Counted from the stretch's first letter, positions 22,930-37,141 are shown. The stretch: 64,000 bases of DNA from Psilocybe cubensis (GCA_017499595.2 CM039007.1:2232001-2296000), one strand, 5' to 3'. Notes: a model not told the origin generated them from the letters alone. Program-made: numbers and translations.

Positions 22930-23233
22930 TGTTAAAACTGCTCTCTATATCTCCCTCAATTTGCTATCTTATCAGATTAGATTACTTTCTTCTTATCGTT
23001 ATTTGCTCTCCAGACTATTCGAGATACATGATATTTATCAGTCTATAGACTGGTCTGGACCGGACTAGAGTACTTGAGTCTACACAGTATATAGTCACTC
23101 TAGTTTACATTCTGAAGTCCCCAGTTACTTATTTCGGACTTCAGACACTTTGTGCTCACTTATTTCTGCGTCCTATATTCTATAACTAGGTTACCAAGTA
23201 GCTCACACTGTCCCGAGCTTGCCTGCTTCAACA
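22930..23233 (+). mobile_element. Solo LTR of the array copia family, opposite orientation
   Basis: tgttaaaact...cttcaaca is homologous to LTR 1; flanked by agtct/ggtct (5-bp TSD, 1 mismatch); has only one copy of the 25-bp internal repeat. Confidence 0.85.
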
Positions 23234-26200
23234 GGTCTGTGGGGTGGCATATAAAAAGACAGGATCATAGCCTGAAGGCATTTTTGGATGGTTTTGGATG
23301 AGTTGACTGTGTTCTTGTTGTGACATCCTTTTTAATAGGTCTTGTAATGGAGCAAAGAGCTCAACCTTTGGTGGACAAGTGCATGCAATTGGATAGGCGC
23401 TTAGAGAAAATGTGCCATTGCCTAGCTTGTGCTATCCCAGAGTCACAAATGGATGTCAACCTCAACATCAAGTTGCACTTGCTTGACGACAAGGCCTATG
23501 CAGCTAAAATGGAGCTCAAGAGCATTTTTTACTAATATGTACCATATGACTAATATAAAGAATATTGCTGTTGCTATAGTATCACTCTCATGCACATCTA
23601 GCTTACTTCATTGACATATTATGAGGCCTGACCGAAAGAAGGGATGAGTCTTTTTATTCTCGACTTTCTGCCAGCTTTTGTCCTTTTTAATGTGCCAGCT
23701 TTGGCCAAAATTTTTGTCATGTGCACTTATTAAGCTGGCTGAATACTGAATTGAGCCGGTTCCGGCTACCTGCTGAATAAGTTGTTGTTTTTATTGTTTT
23801 ACGGCAGTTTTATGCTTTTTAACTGTGTATATACATTTGATATATTAAACAAATAATATTGACAAAGTTAAAACCTTAAAAAACAACCAGAATCCTGTAA
23901 AACGGGTCCAAATACACCCCTATTGACAATGTTGATTGGAGTTTGAATTATGCCTTCACAAATAGCAACAACTTCCAAATTAAGATGCATCCATCAAATT
24001 TGCTGTTTCTCATTAGTTTTGCCTGATTATGCCATTGTTTTGAATGCAATGTTGAGATAAAGTAATATACTAGTATGTATATGCATTTACATAATTTAAA
24101 ACTGAGTAATATGCCTGTTAAACTAGTGAATATACAACCAGCAAGTGTGTTACAAGTGGAGATTGAATTTGGATACCAAATATGGAAGGTTTTGCCAAAA
24201 CGGGAAGTGCAGCTCTAAATTGCTTATATTGGTTATCATTTGGTTTTTGACCAATAAATACAGATTTGAGCACTAATATATGCAAATATAAACAGTATAT
24301 CATGTCAAATATTATATGAATAAAAGAATAAAAGTAATTCAAGCAAAGTTTATTTAAAATAAAACCAATAATCTAAGATAATGTATAACTTTTAGTAGCA
24401 AAATTAAATAAGTGGGACTCGTATTTGCCATGCATAGCAATGGCCCACACAAGACAAGTTTTTTATTACACCCTTTGCTATCTTTTTGTTCTTCTGATCT
24501 TGCACTGCTTGCTATTATCCTCTGCATATTATTCACTACTCCATTTTTTTTGTGTTAGACTGACTTATCTTTATGTTGTTGCTATCTTATTCCTTTCATC
24601 TTGGTTTACTTGCTTTAACCATTGTATATAGTTTGCATCCCTATTGTCATTATACCTTGCACTGCTTTTTATAAACATCAAAAACAGATATATATATGAT
24701 ATATGGAGCAAGAAAAAAATACATGTACATCTATATTGCAAGTAATGAAAGCTACAGAAGAGCTTCTATAGTGTTTAAAAAAGTCTACAATGTGTCTGGC
24801 TATGGAAGAGCTTCTGTAGTCAATTGGTGTGCAAATACTGGTGATTGCCCAATGCAATACACAGGATTGATATAGAAGACCCTCTGTATCAAGTGGAATT
24901 AAGAGGTGTCTGATAGCAAGCAAGGACTACAGAAGAGCTTCTATAGTTGTGGGTGTGCATTGATAATGCAGATAATAAAAGATAGTAGCTGTACATTAGG
25001 CAGAATACTCAATTTACATATGATACCCGCCTATCTTTATTGATTGTAAATACTGACTTTTTTTCTTATCTACCTTCAAAGCTCTTTGATTGTGGATTAT
25101 AGAAAAAGACATGACAGAGCTCTTGTATTGTTCTTGGTATTGCATTCTTCCGCAATCAGGGTTACTTAGTCCAACCACCAGAGCTTTCTGGTTGTCAAAC
25201 TAGAATAAGATGCTATCAAAACTCTTTGGTAGTATCAACACCAGATATTTCTAGAGCTCTCTGGTAGTGGCTAAGGGCTAGCCAGCAAGGCTGCTTGTTA
25301 GAACAAAAAAAACAAAGGCCAATAAAAAAGCCTCAAAAATTAGGTTATATGCCCACTCATATATATGTACAAGCCACCAAGATAAAAATTGTTCTGGTCA
25401 TACACCTTTACCATATAATGATTTTGAGGAGATTGAATGGGCTGACCAAGAAAGTTGTTGTGACAGTCCCAAGAAGAGAAGTAGTAGCTACTGCTACAAT
25501 AATTTGGGATTAGGAAATGATGTAATGATATAATATAGTACTCACACAATAACAAATAGCCCACCTTGCCTTAGATTTTCAAGTCTTCCCCAATATTGAG
25601 CTGCTTCAATAATTTTTTGAGTAGCTCTGGTAAAATTTGCATTCTGGACTACTTAAATGTTAGTTTTTTGTTTAGCGGTATATTAAGGTGCACTGCCTAG
25701 TTTTCAACCTATGTGAAAGTAAAAGGACATTGATTTTGCAAAAGGGTAAGTACATCTAAACATCATTTACAACTATCCAATCACTTAGTGACATCTAAGG
25801 TAGCAAAATACTATTAAAGGGTGTAAATTAGTATGGGATGCATTCTTTTGAATCTCTTGAGTCCAGGCAATTCATGACTTGCTTTTTGATAATTTAAAAA
25901 TGCATTTCAAAATTCAAATAGGCTTTTATTGCAATCAAAGTCTTCTTGTTGCTGGCCAACCAGCTTCTGTCAAAGGTCAAATCTGACTTCCAAATAAACA
26001 GAAGACCTATATGAGCCAAATTTGCAGGCTATAATTTCCAGTATTGTATCCAAAATTTTTTTCTTTACCTTTTATGTGTGCTTAATTCAGCTTAAATGCC
26101 ACTTTTTTTGTAGAACTGGCTGAGAAAACTATTATAAGATCTGTATTATCATACTACAATGAGCTTGCCATCTACTTTTTATATTGTTGCTAACCTGAAC

Positions 26201-29130
26201 TGGATGCTCTGACATTGTTTTTATGCCATCAAAGGGAGGCATGGTCCCAAGTAATTAAATCTTTTTGCATGATTTGCACGGGCTCCGGGCTAAGTCATTG
26301 AGCTTTGGTTTGCAACACCATTTGTCAGTAGTTGACATTGTTATTAATTTTCAATATTGACATAGCACATAACCAGTAGAACAAATTTTAGATATTATAT
26401 CCATTAAGACCCCTCTGAACATACCAAGAACAGGACAGGATCCAATGCTTTATGTGCACAGATTATTGTTATTTCCTCCTGAGCTATATTTGGAATGACA
26501 ATGTTGTTTTGTGAATTGGCCAGGTCAATTTTAACCTTTACAATATCCCCTAATGCAGCCTAAAAGAATTACTCACCAGGCCTCCATTCAAAGCTTGTAT
26601 GATAGTTATGCATTATGGTTATGCAAGTGCATTAGCTTTATTATGAGATAATTTTCAAAATCCAGTCTTTCACCAACACAAACCTGGAAATAAGATTCTT
26701 ACAGTGTCAATATTGAGCAATGAGAACAAATATTATTGAGAGCTAAAACATAATAAAGATTACACATAGCAAATATTTTTTGGATAAAATTTTTCTAGAA
26801 TAACCAGTGCATTGTGATTTTTGGTAGTACTCATTTATGATATTGCTGCAACAGCCAATGTTGTTTAGAGCAAGGCTCTGGAGTATTGGTTGGCTAGGAC
26901 AGAGATATTAGGCATAAATGTGGAAAATAGGAAATGAAAGAAAGGTGAGATAAATTCTCAGAGTAAACGCTGTTTGCCCGGGCTATAGTTGGGGAAGCAA
27001 CATATGGTGCAAGCATTCTGGTAAATAAAATAGACTATGAGAATGTTCTAATAGTGTATACTAGGAGCTAATACTAGGAAGTAGACTTAGAATGTCACAG
27101 GATTATATACAAAGGACTTGTTGGGTGTTAGGTATTCAATATTGCTTCCTATTAATAGGATCAGCATAGGCAAAAGTATTAATTGAGTATGCAACTGTGA
27201 AAATTATTGGAGAAATAAGACTTGGGGGTTGGTGTAAGTTAAATAGACCCAGAGACAAATACAAAAGAGTTGCATAATACAAAGAGGGGTAGCCGTAGTG
27301 TAACTATCTGGGAAAGAAACTTGGTTATGCCTGTACATGGTGTTTTTTAGCTTTGAAAAGCTTGCTGAACACATTCTAACATAAAGGAGTAAGATTAAGA
27401 AAAGAAAAAGGCTATAGTTACATTTTCACCATAATTTGAAATTAACAAATTTTGATATGTTCCAGCCATGGCCAGAATATTAGATCCTTCCCGAGAAAAA
27501 TAATATTGGAGCACAATTGGCATAGAATTTGACAGCTATCCAAGACTTTTGCCTGTGGATAGGCAGAAAGAAATTGGAAGAGTAAGTTGTGACCTTCTTG
27601 CTCTATGTACTCAAGAGACTGTCTGGAATAGATGAAATGAGTGATAACAAACCCATGTGATGGCATATAGCTGGCAATATCAAATACAAAGAATCTAATA
27701 TAAGCTTACCAACACAACAAGGCATTCTTTGCAATGCAAGTGCAACTCTGGTGCACTAGATAACAAATAATGGGCCTGTCTAGTACAATGCTTCAAAAAC
27801 CGCAATAGTGCAAAACCACAACTAGGTACTTACAGATGGGGAGTGGTAGGATTAAAAAAAATATTTGGACATCCTCCTCTACTCTATCTGGAGGAGATAT
27901 AGCTATACACTAAATCCACAGCTATGCACCAAACCTATATACATGTTTAGCGCACTGCTGGTAGCTGATATTAAGGAGTAATGGATGCTACTGTCAGCAT
28001 TCTGTTGATGACCTGGGTTTCTGGGCTATTCTGTACTGAATGTCTTATTTTTGTCAGCTGTGGCAAGCAGTATAAAGGGCATGCAGCATACATATTTGTG
28101 GAGTTTATGGGCAGTTTGCTACTAGAATACTGCCTTGTTATTGTCTGCAAAACGCCTGGTAATATGTTCTGGGTTCATAGGCTGTTTTATGCTGGCATGA
28201 GTTTTTAAAATGATGGATGAAATGGTGGGCAGCAATTTCTAGAGAAGTTTGGCTCTTGACATCTGGTTAGGTGTTCCCTATATGATCTTGCAACCTGTTT
28301 TTAGCATTCCCAAATAAGGCACTCTGATAAACTGTTCTGCAGAACATAGGCTAATTGTTATAGCACTCTGCATAATCAGTCAGTCCTGTGAAGAATACAA
28401 AAGACCTTTTGTATTAAATAGGATTGAGAGATGTCCAACAATAAGCAAGAACTATGTAATTGTGGGTGTGCATTGATAATGTGGATAACAAATGGTACTA
28501 GCTTATAACGTCTTATGAAGGATTCCACATTGCAGAGCATAAACTGACCTATTGCTCTTTCTAAGATTAACACAGTAGTGACTATATGTATTCATCCACA
28601 TGAGTTTTGCTGAGGTTGCCATCTCTAACGTGGTGTGTAACTGTCCAACAGATTTGCTAAGATTACTATCCCTATGTACTGTGTAATTGTTCAATAGAAC
28701 TTTTGCATTGTTAGCAAAAAAACAATGCTATCTGCTAAGAGATATTAGGATATAAGTACACACACATCATAGTGATCCACTAACAAAGGTTTGACTTGTT
28801 GGGCACTGAATAGGCTTCAGCAGGCTTTGTTTTCAATGAGATTAATGAGAGGAAATTGTGATGGCATTGGCGTCAGACGGTAGTTGGGTTGGCAAGAAAG
28901 TTAGAAAGGTGTTTAGGTGCATGGGTTTAAAATAATCACAAAAATAGGTGAGGGAAAGATCTTCAATGTATCAAATACTAGAGAGGATCTAGAGATTTTT
29001 TGGAAGGGAGAAAAGATAAAAGCACCCACAAGTTGCAAGCAAAGATTAGGCACTAAGGGTAATGTAGCATATATGACCAAACTCTCAGTAATCTGTCTCA
29101 AACATAATTTGATACTTATTAATTCTTATA

Positions 29131-29594
29131 GGATCAAGAGCTCTAAAAATTGGTATAATAGGCGCTTAATCAACTTTATTTGGGCCTGAATTTATCTGAC
29201 CAGGAAGGCATTAATACAAGGGGTAGAAAGAGGGGTAGGGTGCATATTCTAGTTCAATAGGTTCTATTGCTCAAAATAAGCTCAAATTTGGCATATATTC
29301 CATTTAATATAAATAAAAATTAATGGCATAGTTAAGCAGGTGCATACCAGCCCCTGGAGAGTGCTATTTAAGGTGTGCTTTTTTGCCAAAATATTGTATA
29401 CTTAATTGCACACTAATAAGTAAAAATATTGCAATTTTGATTTCAGATTTGGACTAAGGCATTTTAAAACTATAGGTCTACTAAAAAAACCAAGAAAAAT
29501 GGTCAAGAAATGCTCCCAAAATTGCCTAATTCATTGCCAGCAATGCACAAAAGTAGCATAGAATGAGCATTATTTATAGAGCTAAGGGCCAAGG
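29131..29594. repeat. Diverged partial copy of the long TIR of the 55309-59785 foldback element
   Basis: ctctaaaaattggtataataggcgc...cattgccagcaatgcacaaaagtagcatag...atttatagagcta aligns with ~58915-59373. Confidence 0.85.
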
Positions 29595-29607
29595 GAACAG
29601 ATAGAAT

Positions 29608-30278
29608 AGATTATTATAATCATAATTTCCGCCGGACACTCCGTCCGGCGGACAGCACGTGACCCACGTGACCACCGCGGTGGTGAAATTGACATGTTAG
29701 TTTTCACCACTGAAGTGGTCAAATCCAACATGTAAATTTGATCACTGCAGTGATCAAGTACAGCATGTAAGTATGACCACTTCAGTAGTGGAATGTAGCA
29801 AGTTAATATCAGCACTGAAGTAGTGAAATTAATATGTTGGAGTTTGCCACTTTAGTGCTGAAATTGACTTGTTGTATTCCACCACTGCAGTGGTCATTGT
29901 TGTGTGTCAGGTAGAATAAATACAATGCTAAAAATAATAATTATTGCTACTTTTATAATTTCTACACCACTGGAGTGGTAACATTTAGAATGTATCTTAA
30001 ATCACTCAAGTGCTAGAACAGTGCACATGCAGTTTGTTTTATTTCTTAGGGTTGGATTAATTAATTAATTAGATTAGGTAGTTTAGGGTTGGGATTAGGC
30101 AGTTTAGGGTTGGGTGTAGAGATTAGGGATTAGAGATTAGGGATTAGTTTTTAGGGTTGTTGAGTATATATACAAAGCGCGTGAGAGCGCGCGCAATGGA
30201 CATTGAAACGTGACGTGACAAGGTAGTCATGTGAGTCTGTCTAGTGGATGTCCAGCGGACGCGCAGACACAGTAATCC
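29608..30278. repeat. Probable small non-autonomous element: GC hairpin, CCACT/AGTGG palindromic repeats and a degenerate TTAGGG tract
   Basis: Hairpin tccgccggac-actcc-gtccggcgga at ~29627-29651, repeated accactgcagtggt-like motifs, and ttaggg/attaggg units at ~30045-30160. Confidence 0.4.
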
Positions 30279-30894
30279 ATTCAGTCTCCAAGAGAAGGGG
30301 CAGGAACAGAGTTTTGATGTAATGGCTATTAGCCCTAATTCTAATATATCTAGTCTGAGTTTCTGGGCTAAAAATAGCATGCACTAATCAATCTGGTATA
30401 GAATTGCCAAGCCTAGATAATTATAAGATTAGATATAAAATCATAATGAAATTCTATGCATAAACATTGAAATTGATGCTATGTAACAATGAAATACTTT
30501 TGAATAACAATTGAAATCTAATTGAAATCATGCTAAATAGTTAAATGAAACAGTCTGGATGTGAAATCAAATTGATAAGTAATTCAATAAAATATCATTA
30601 AAATTATGCTGGGTAGTTAAATGAAATAGTTTGGATTTAAAATCAAATCTATAAGTAAGTCAATGAAATACACTCAAAGCAAAATGAAATCAAGCAAATA
30701 ATAGCAATGAAACCATTAGATATTTTATTATTCTATTATTTAGATTTTTTTGATATAAAATGCTTAGTAAAAATGCAATTTGCCACCTAGATAGTTACCT
30801 ATAATGTATGATATAAGTAGAAGCTATTAGTCGATTTGGCTTGATTGCCATCTTAGTCATTGACCTTGTAGGCTTGGCCGTAGAGGGGGAGTAC

Positions 30895-31476
30895 TGTCAT
30901 ATGCCATACTCTCTTGACTCTATTATATGACATTGTCAGTTAAATTCCACATCTGACTTCTGTCTTCCAACTTCTGGTTTCTGACTTTGGTCCTCAACTT
31001 TGTCTCTGACTTTGTCTTCCAACTTCAGTCTAACTTTATATGTAGACTTGTCTCAGACATCTGTCTTACCTTTCTCCTAAACCTTATTTTTTTTTTTTCA
31101 TTATCCTTATTTCTTATTTTTATTCCTTATGACTTATTTCTTAGTAGTTCATCCTTATTTCAATAGTAGTATATAAACCCCTCCTGTTATAGGCTAGAAC
31201 CCCCAAGCTGATTATCAACTTGAGTAACTTGGACAATTTAGTTTGTTTGCTACTTTGATCTAACTTCGACTAATACTTGGCCAACTTTTAGTTTCTTGCC
31301 TAGTACTATTCTCCTTTTAGATCTCCGTATCCAAATTAGGGCACAAGGTATAAAAAGAGTGCAGCACATAAGCTGAAGCTAAGCCATCCAATAATTAAAT
31401 TTAACAGCAACTTTGTTCTCCAACTTCCGTCTATGAACTTGCCCTTGACTTTGTTCTGCTTGACATAACCCTAACA
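30895..31476 (+). mobile_element. Gypsy-type 3' LTR relic preceded by a PPT
   Basis: PPT tagagggggagtac, then tgtcat...cctaaca; internal TATA gtatataaacccc. Confidence 0.65.
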
Positions 31477-31489
31477 AGGTTACCCTTCA

Positions 31490-32945
31490 AGACCTAGACT
31501 ACAAACAATTGGAGAAGAATCATGCAACCTTCATCATTTTTGAAGGGACATGGAATGGGGAGGAAGTCCACTGCTGGTTATGTATTCATATCAATAATGG
31601 TTTAGGTGCCTCAAATTCAAAAGTGTTCCTTGACTATACCAAATCCAAAGTCAACAAAAGGTTTGGCATAAAAAATCTCAGGCCTTTACATTTGTACTTA
31701 GGCGTGCAATACAAGAAAAATCTAGAGACCCAAGAGCTATGGATTTACCAAAAGCCATATATTGTCAATGTTCTAGATGAATACAGGCTTCTCAATTGCA
31801 GTTTAGTCTCTATACTAATTGATACAAACAGCCCTTTTGGTCATGATACAGACACATTTCCAAAAGTTTCCAACATTAAATCCACTTTTCAATGTCTAAT
31901 TGGTTCCCTTTTATTCATCCAGCAATACTCACAATCAGATATATCAATTGCTGTTCTACTCTTTTTGCAGCACATATCTGTTAAAAAAGGTTTAATAGAC
32001 AGTTTTTTACTGCTAATTCCAAGCTGCACTCAAGCCATAGACAAGCCGGCCAGCCATTGTAATGAGGTTTTTATTATGAAGAAGAGGACTTTTCTGTTAA
32101 TCATTCTTAGCATGCACCCAATAAACATGTGTTGTATACTGCCTAATACGCTGAGTCATATAGGCAACAGCTTGTGCCATGACTTTTTCTTGAGTGTTGT
32201 GGGCTTGCCGCTTAGCTGGCATACCACATACTCAGTTCTTTTTTTTTCCTGAGTTAACAGGCCATGAGAATCTCACTTTGTGGGGTTTGAATCCGCAACC
32301 CGGCTGAGAAGCCATGAGGAAGAAAAATTCCCCATACAACTACATTTTTCACTGCTAGGCCATCACAGCCCTTTTGCAGCACATATCAAATCCACAATCT
32401 AGGCACTTTGCAATAGCAAGACATATTCTTCAATATCTAAGCAGCACATACACTTATTGCTTGCACTATGGAGGCAATAAGAAATTGGAACCTTTGCAAG
32501 GATTTTCCAATGCAGATTGGGCTTGGAATAAAAAATTGGGTGCTTTGGTCTTGGGTTTCTTATAGACCCTTGAATTGGTCATCCAAGATACAAACCTGCA
32601 TATCTATGAGCTCCACCAAATTGGAATACATTGCATTAATCTATACAGGACAGGAAGGTCTATGATTAAGCTAATCTTTATCATATCTCTGCATTACTTG
32701 CTCTCAACCTCTTTTTGTTGCAACAGACAATGAAAAAGCCAAGTTGCTTTGCAAAAATAATTCTTTACACTCAAAGACAAAGCACATAGACATCCAATAT
32801 CACTTAATCTGCTTACATATTAAGAATAAAACTTTGGTTATTCTTCACATTTTTGGCAAGGAGAATCCCGCAGACATCCTCACCAAGCTACTGCAGTGCG
32901 TTAAATTTATTGAGGCAGTGGAGCAATTGGGTCTAGCAAAGAGCA
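31490..32945 (+). pseudogene. Decayed copia RT-RNase H, interrupted by a SINE
   Basis: YLGVQY, FQCLIGSLLF, GFSNADWA, WSSKIQTCISMSSTKLEY, HSKTKHIDIQYH, ENPADILTK. Confidence 0.85.
31979..32371 (-). mobile_element. tRNA-derived SINE (~393 bp) with 16-bp TSD
   Basis: TSD ttttgcagcacatatc at 31963-31978 and 32372-32387. Minus-strand 5' end GGGCTGTGATGGCCTAGCAGT (A box) and GCGGATTCAAACCCCAC (B box/T arm). Confidence 0.75.
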
Positions 32946-34349
32946 AAAAGGCATTACATAGTTTTCATCATATATTGGTTTTTATTTTATATAAAAAATA
33001 GCAGACGGACGGAACAGCTGGGTGGGTTACAGGTATGCCAATCTACCTTGATTTGCCGTTCCAAATTTCTTTTTTCTTTTTTACTGACTTATTAGGTGTA
33101 TATGTAATATCCCTGTTTCTTTTTTTTATTGATTTATTTATACCAATGGCTTTACATTACTTTGTAGAAGGTAAAAAATTCTTTCTTAGAATCTGAGCAA
33201 AAATTAAAGGGTTTTCTTGCTTTATTTCAGATTCTTGACCATTTAGACATCCTTATCTAAGTCAAGGCAGTGAGCACCCGCCTGTTCAGTCTTACTCAGG
33301 AGGCTTTCAGCATTGGCTGGGTTCTTTAGAGGCAAATTTTCAAATAATTGCATGATTTTTCCCCTATCTGCTATAAACATCTAATACATTGTTTTCTTCC
33401 TTTCTAAACCTGCACTTAAGGACATTGCATGGATCTACACATCAAATGTCTTACAATTAAAGATTAGCACAAACTAAACATCAAATACAAGTCCTAAATA
33501 GAAAAATCAGAAAAAAAAATTGAGCTAAGAATCTCAATAAGTTTTATTCAGTTAATTAATACTTTTTTGTAGTTCTACTCATGTTTTTTAGAGATGATTT
33601 TAGCAGAAAAAAGGGCAGACACTTTTGCAAATGTATCTGCTTATACAAATCTATTGAGATTGTTTATTAATGCTGGGAGACGGAGCTTATGAAAAAAATC
33701 TGCAAGAATATATGTACAATGACAAGCTAGCCGCTCCAAGACTGTTAGCCTCTAGGGTTAAATAAGTAGTAATTGTTTCATTTCTCTTAACAATATTCCA
33801 AAATAGTTCTATTATAGAAGTAAGCAAAACACTAAGAGCTTTGAGCTTCTTTTTCAATACATTCTAATTGTCAAAGATGCAATAAATGATGACTTTGATT
33901 AGAACAATGATTATCCTATATCAAGAAAAACTGGCATGGTTTTTAAACCAATTTTTTGCTCCTATTATACTATTTGACAAATAATATACTGGCTCTTAAG
34001 CTATTAACAATGATATAACAGGCTCACTTTTACAACCAATATATTACAATTGGGAGGATTTAATATTGTTTTTAGAATTTTTTACCAATTGATATTTTTA
34101 ATAGAATTTGGTCATGATTTTATTAAAACAATCCCAACCTCAATCCTTCCATTTAAAAAAATTATTTTCTTGCAGCACTGTATCTTATTGGGCATGTTTT
34201 GGATGGGAATAATGTCTAACACTTTTTTTTACAAAGTGCTTTTCTTATCATGGTAAGCCTTTTTCTTACTTTGAATGTTTTATATAATTTATATATATAT
34301 TAGACATAGTATATTATCTTTATGTTATCTTATTCTGTGAAGGATTTTA

Positions 34350-34700
34350 TGGATATGCCAGATAAAGGTGCAGTCCAAAGTAGTGTAGGCCACTCAAGCA
34401 AGGCCACCAAAAAGCCAGTTGCATCTCTTATTGGTTTGGACAGCCAAGTCACCCTAAGATCCATAGCTTATGCTGCTATAGTGATGAGTCATTATGTATA
34501 ATATTTATTTGAAATATTTGCTTATTTTTTAGCTCATTTTCAATTTTACAGATGCCTCCGCCTGGATATTTAAATACAATTACTTCAGCTTTCAATCTTT
34601 TTACAATTTTATTGTCAATTTTTTCAAGGCTAAACATCTGAACAGCCAGCCAGAAATCCAAAAGAGTAATAAAAAAACTCTTGAACTAGTGGAATTTATA
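34350..34700 (+). pseudogene. Relic of a fungal TE-associated gene (DUF6698-like)
   Basis: VASLIGLDSQVTLRSIAYAAI, probable intron, then FNFTDASAW...FYNFIVNFF; resembles my recollection of this family; not searched. Confidence 0.35.
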
Positions 34701-35593
34701 AGTTATTTTTTAATCACAGATATGTTTTATATTGATTCCCCGTGATTCATAACAGTTTTGACTAATCCCAATCTCCTCCCATCACATCTGACTTTTTTAT
34801 GTTTTTTATCACAAATTCTTTTTAAAACTTTTGTTTAAATTTTTTTAGGTTTTTTTATTTTTTATTTTTTTGCAACTTTTAAATAAAATTTTACTTGATA
34901 TTGTCTGAGATTTTTTCTGGGATTTCTTAAAAATTTATGGTTATATACCTTAGGTGAGGTTATATTTTCCATTATTATCTTACTAAGCTAAAAAATAGTT
35001 TAAAGTGAAGCAGTTGAAACCTTCAAATACTGCATCCCTTTTAAAAGCCAATGTAGGCAAATTGAATGAAAAAAAAGATCTATTTAATAAAAACCAAAGG
35101 CTATTTTTAATTTTGGAAAGAAACATCTTAGAAGGCCAGAATATATTGACAAAGAACTGACAAAGAAGCACTTCTTTGCTTTTAAGGAACCAATAAAAGA
35201 AAGATAGAAGTTTATCATTGTCAGTTTAGTGTTAGTTTGCTAATTGGCCTACCCATGGTAGCAAAAAAGGCCTCTGATTGACCATTTCGCTTAAATGGAA
35301 TCTTCACCATTTTTCTAAAATAGTAATCAGAAAGCAGCAATCAAGGAACTCCCAATGAGCAATCTTTTTGCCAAAAAAAATAGATGTCAAAAAAATACCC
35401 AATATTACAAGGCTCATTTCTAAACCAGTTTATTTTCAAAAATCATTGCCTTATATAAATTTGAAAGAAAAACAAACTCAAATACTCCTTTCTTTTCTCT
35501 TCTACACAATTGTCAATCATTTTACTTAATAACTGTCAAATTTATGCCATATAGTGCTTTCCGGTTGTACATTGCTAATCATATCTAAAAAAT

Positions 35594-36017
35594 ATGTTAT
35601 TCATGTTAGATAAAAATATGGAAGAAGCCAGAAAAGAAGCAGAGTCTGCATTTAAAAAAGCTGCTAATAATATGGCTAAATTCTATAATAGATACAGAGG
35701 TACTCTAACTCAGTACAAAGTTAGGGATTTGGTATGGTTGGATGGCAAAGACCTCAAAACTGATAGGCCCTCCAAGAAATTGGATAATAAAAGATATGGG
35801 CCTTATAAAATTACCAAAGTTATTAGCCCTAATGCCTATGAACTTAAGCTGTCATCCACTATGAAAATCCATCCAGTGTTCAATATGGTTAAATTTCTAC
35901 CTTATTACCCAGATATTGTAGGAAGAAAGCCTCCTTCTAGACCACCTCCTGTCATTCAAGGAGAAAATCCTGAGTAGGAAGTTGAATTTATCAAAGACAA
36001 CAGACTTTTTAGAAACA
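35594..36017 (+). pseudogene. Gypsy (chromovirus) integrase C-terminus and first part of the chromodomain
   Basis: DLVWLDGKDL..RPSKKLDNKRYGPYKI..YELKL..IHPVFN..PPPVI..E*EVEFIKDNRLFRN. Confidence 0.88.
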
Positions 36018-36106
36018 CACATAAGATAGTTTAGGCCCCGTTCGGTAACCCGGTTATCTCTGGGTTAGACTCGGTTTGCCCGCCAAAATTTACTGAACCC
36101 CGAGCA

Positions 36107-37141
36107 CTGTGGAACTCCAGCTCTGATGGTATTCTAGTGGAAACACTTGTCAAGCAGAAGCAGCTGGGCCGGATGGCTAGCAACAGTAGCTGGCATCACG
36201 ATGCATGGACTGAGGCTGAGAAAGAGCTTGCTGGATCTGAACAGTTTGGTGGTGGGAAGAAAACGGCAACAAGCTGCCTCAACCGATGGACAGCTGTATG
36301 TTATTTATAAAATGTTTTCTTACGTCAAAATGCTGATGATAGTTTGTATAGCTCAAAAAGGAGTACTTGAAAGTCAAGGAACTACGTGAAAAGTCTGGAT
36401 TTGGATGGGATGAGGGCTTGTCTCGGGTCACAGCTAGTGATGAGGTTTGGAATGCTTTATTAGCGGTGTGTAATTCACTCTTTTTAAACAATTTTATTCT
36501 AATTTAAAACATCTATAGGCTAATCCTACTCTTGCCAAGTGGCGCAAAAAATCATTTCCACTTTATGATACTTTGCATGAGCTTATTAATGGCACTATTG
36601 CAACCGGGGAAATGGCATTTCATCCAGGACGCGACTTTACGCCTGCTACATCAGAACTTGATGTTTATGATGAGGCTATATCCCAGAATGGTGATGCTAC
36701 TGATCCTGCAGATGATACTGCTATTCTAGTCAGTCTTTTTTAAATATAATGAATACTAAACTCACAAAATTACAGGCACCTGTTACACCCCTTCCAGCTT
36801 TGCGTAAGCGTCCTGCGGACTCTAGCTTTGAGTCTGTAACCTCAGGAAAGCAAAATCGTGGACGCAAAACTACATCAAGCCATGCAATCAATGAGGTTGC
36901 CTCTTCTGTACATGACTTGGCCTCTGCGTTTGTAGGCTCAATGGCTTCAACTTCAACACCCGAGCGTAAATCTGCAATTGAGCTTTTTGAAGATGATGAC
37001 GACCTTTCAGAAGACAAGCAAATCAAGGCCATTCAGCTATTCCGCAAGGACTCTACTATTGCACAATCCTATCTTTCAATCAAAAAGAAGTCAACCCGTA
37101 CCCGATATATTCAAATGGAGTTATCATCTGCATTTGCATAG
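36107..37141 (+). CDS. Harbinger Myb/SANT-like DNA-binding protein (spliced; start not identified)
   Basis: Exons: W..SDGILVETL..AWTEAE..CLNRW | LKKEY..KSGFGWDE..VTASDEVW | WRKKSFPLYDTLHEL; GT-AG introns. Confidence 0.8.

Noticed and set aside
30045..30160. True telomere
   Set aside because: Short, degenerate and internal.
31509..32252. 247-aa ORF as a single gene
   Set aside because: Chimera of decayed copia RT read into the SINE insert.
32270..32371. Possible functional tRNA gene
   Set aside because: No complete cloverleaf; lies inside a TSD-flanked insert, so called a SINE head.
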